DNA of 64,000 nt from Microthyrium microscopicum (Eukaryota), in assembly GCA_010405405.1 (NCBI GenBank), contig MU004237.1, positions 224,191 through 288,190 of the forward strand. The letters run 5' to 3'. A model generated the notes under the pieces. The model was not told where the DNA came from. It ran no database searches and saw nothing but the letters and a program-made list of their open reading frames with translations. Below, in pieces: positions 62,441 to 64,000 of this stretch (position 1 is its first letter; every line of letters starts with the position of its first letter). The position numbers and the translations under genes were made by a program.

Positions 62441-63663
62441 ATGCTGCGCCCTCCCAGCTTCGCTCTTCTCACGATCTTCACGGCCATTGAAGCTCAACTC
62501 AACGCCATACCGATCCCTTCTCTCGCTCCATACATTGGCATCCGCCTCCCAAATTGGACTCTCCGCAACTTGACCTTAACATATCCCTTCCAAGGACCCG
62601 GCTCCGTACTGCCAGCCGAGCTGTACGCACATAATGCCAGCATCGACTTTTCTATAACACAACAATCTCCGTTCCCATCAAGTCTACGTAGTCCACCTGC
62701 CCACATCGTACACTGCAATGGTACCTGGGAGCCCGGTTACCCTCCCCTAGACTTCCTACGATGTAACGATGGCAGCAGCTGGCGCGTAAACCCCGACACC
62801 AATTACGAAGAGAAGGATTTCTGGATCGATGTGATCCAGCCCAGTTACGTGCGGTAATATACCTACCACAAAAACCTACACATCCACAGAATCACTGATA
62901 TTTGTAACTCCACAGACCGAATAATAGCGCCGAAAGCATCGGCGTAATACAAATCGCGCTCGCCCCAATCCACATTGAAGAAAAAGCCATGCTATGCTTC
63001 ACCATCCGCCTTGCCAACACCGTCGACACATGCTCCATTGATGCGCTCCCTCTCATCGTCAACGCTACCCATGACCCAACCAACAACGCCAATGGTAACG
63101 CCACCGACTCGAGCCGCAAGTCCGATCTTGTGCGTAATATTCCTTGGGAAGACCGCGGAATCCACATCAATGTGACGAGCATCGCGTCAACGCCTCCACC
63201 AAAAGCAGCTGGCAAGAGCGGGCGTGTACAAGATCTGGGCAATTCGCTAGACATGCGTGTAGGCGAGCGCGGGAAGACGGTCAAGTGTGAAGTGAACTTG
63301 ACGCCAGGAAGGGCGTTTCCGGACGCGCGGGATCCGACGAAGTGTGAGGGGAATGAGTATAGCTGGTATGTGTCGCGAGGAGGCATGAATGTGAAGAACG
63401 TGACGGTCAATGCAGCGGTACGGGTATTGAGGAAATTCAGCTCGTCCATTGACATGTCTTTTCTATCGAGGCCGAATTGGACGGTGGGATATGAGTTGCA
63501 ATACGAAGCGTTTGGGCTAGCAGATCGAGCGGATGAGTTTGAGTGGAAGTGTGATAAGTTCGACTATTGCTTAGGCAAGAGTTTGGAGACTGTCCAGACG
63601 AATGAGGTGAAGGCGCCTCATTTATACCATGTTGATTGGAGAAAAAGCTCGCTGATGCTTTGA
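62441..63663 (+). CDS. Secreted hypothetical protein (exons 62441-62853, 62916-63663)
   Basis: Signal-like MLRPPSFALLTIFTAIEA; a GTAATA...CACAG intron joins the 138-aa and 224-aa ORFs in frame; multiple Cys residues. Confidence 0.7.
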
Positions 63664-64000
63664 TGTGAGCGTATATCAAAACTGAGCCAGAAGATGTATA
63701 TATGGTTCGATTAATGCCAAAATATCTACTACCAATTCCTCTTGTGAAATGTTGACACAAGTTTAATATGCTGAACAGGTTCTATGATCTATAATGTACA
63801 ACTATCAACCTCTTTTGGTCTCATACTCCAGTGACTGTACCGTAAAAACGTTGAAATTGTTCATGCAGCACAACCAGTCTGTCTCGTTCTTACCACACTG
63901 CTCAGTTCTGACCCCAATGACTTTGCATACCTCAGCCATTGCTATAAAGGTTAGTGAAAATCTTCGCAGATAAAAACAAACTACCCAAAGGTCAAAAACT

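Overview
Intron-containing filamentous ascomycete (Pezizomycotina) genomic DNA, about 25 protein-coding loci. Conserved housekeeping genes: RAD10/ERCC1, MED19, SYN8, importin-9/KAP114, REV7, a patatin/TGL lipase-like gene, GLE1, eIF3h, CK2-beta, TIM54 and a SUZ-domain protein. Secreted or cell-wall genes: two GH16s, a long S8 subtilisin and a beta-propeller. There is also a RIP-destroyed Tc1/mariner transposon at 58.6-60.0 kb. The standout feature is a compact 4-gene putative fungal RiPP (dikaritin-type) cluster at 5.8-10.1 kb, lying between SYN8 and KAP114. It encodes a signal-peptide precursor with three WIPLNTSPGY-containing 32-aa-period repeats and no KR/RR Kex2 sites, two DUF3328/UstYa-type HxxHC oxidases, and a GNAT acetyltransferase. 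Gene identities come from recognising motifs by eye with no database search, and exon boundaries are manual.
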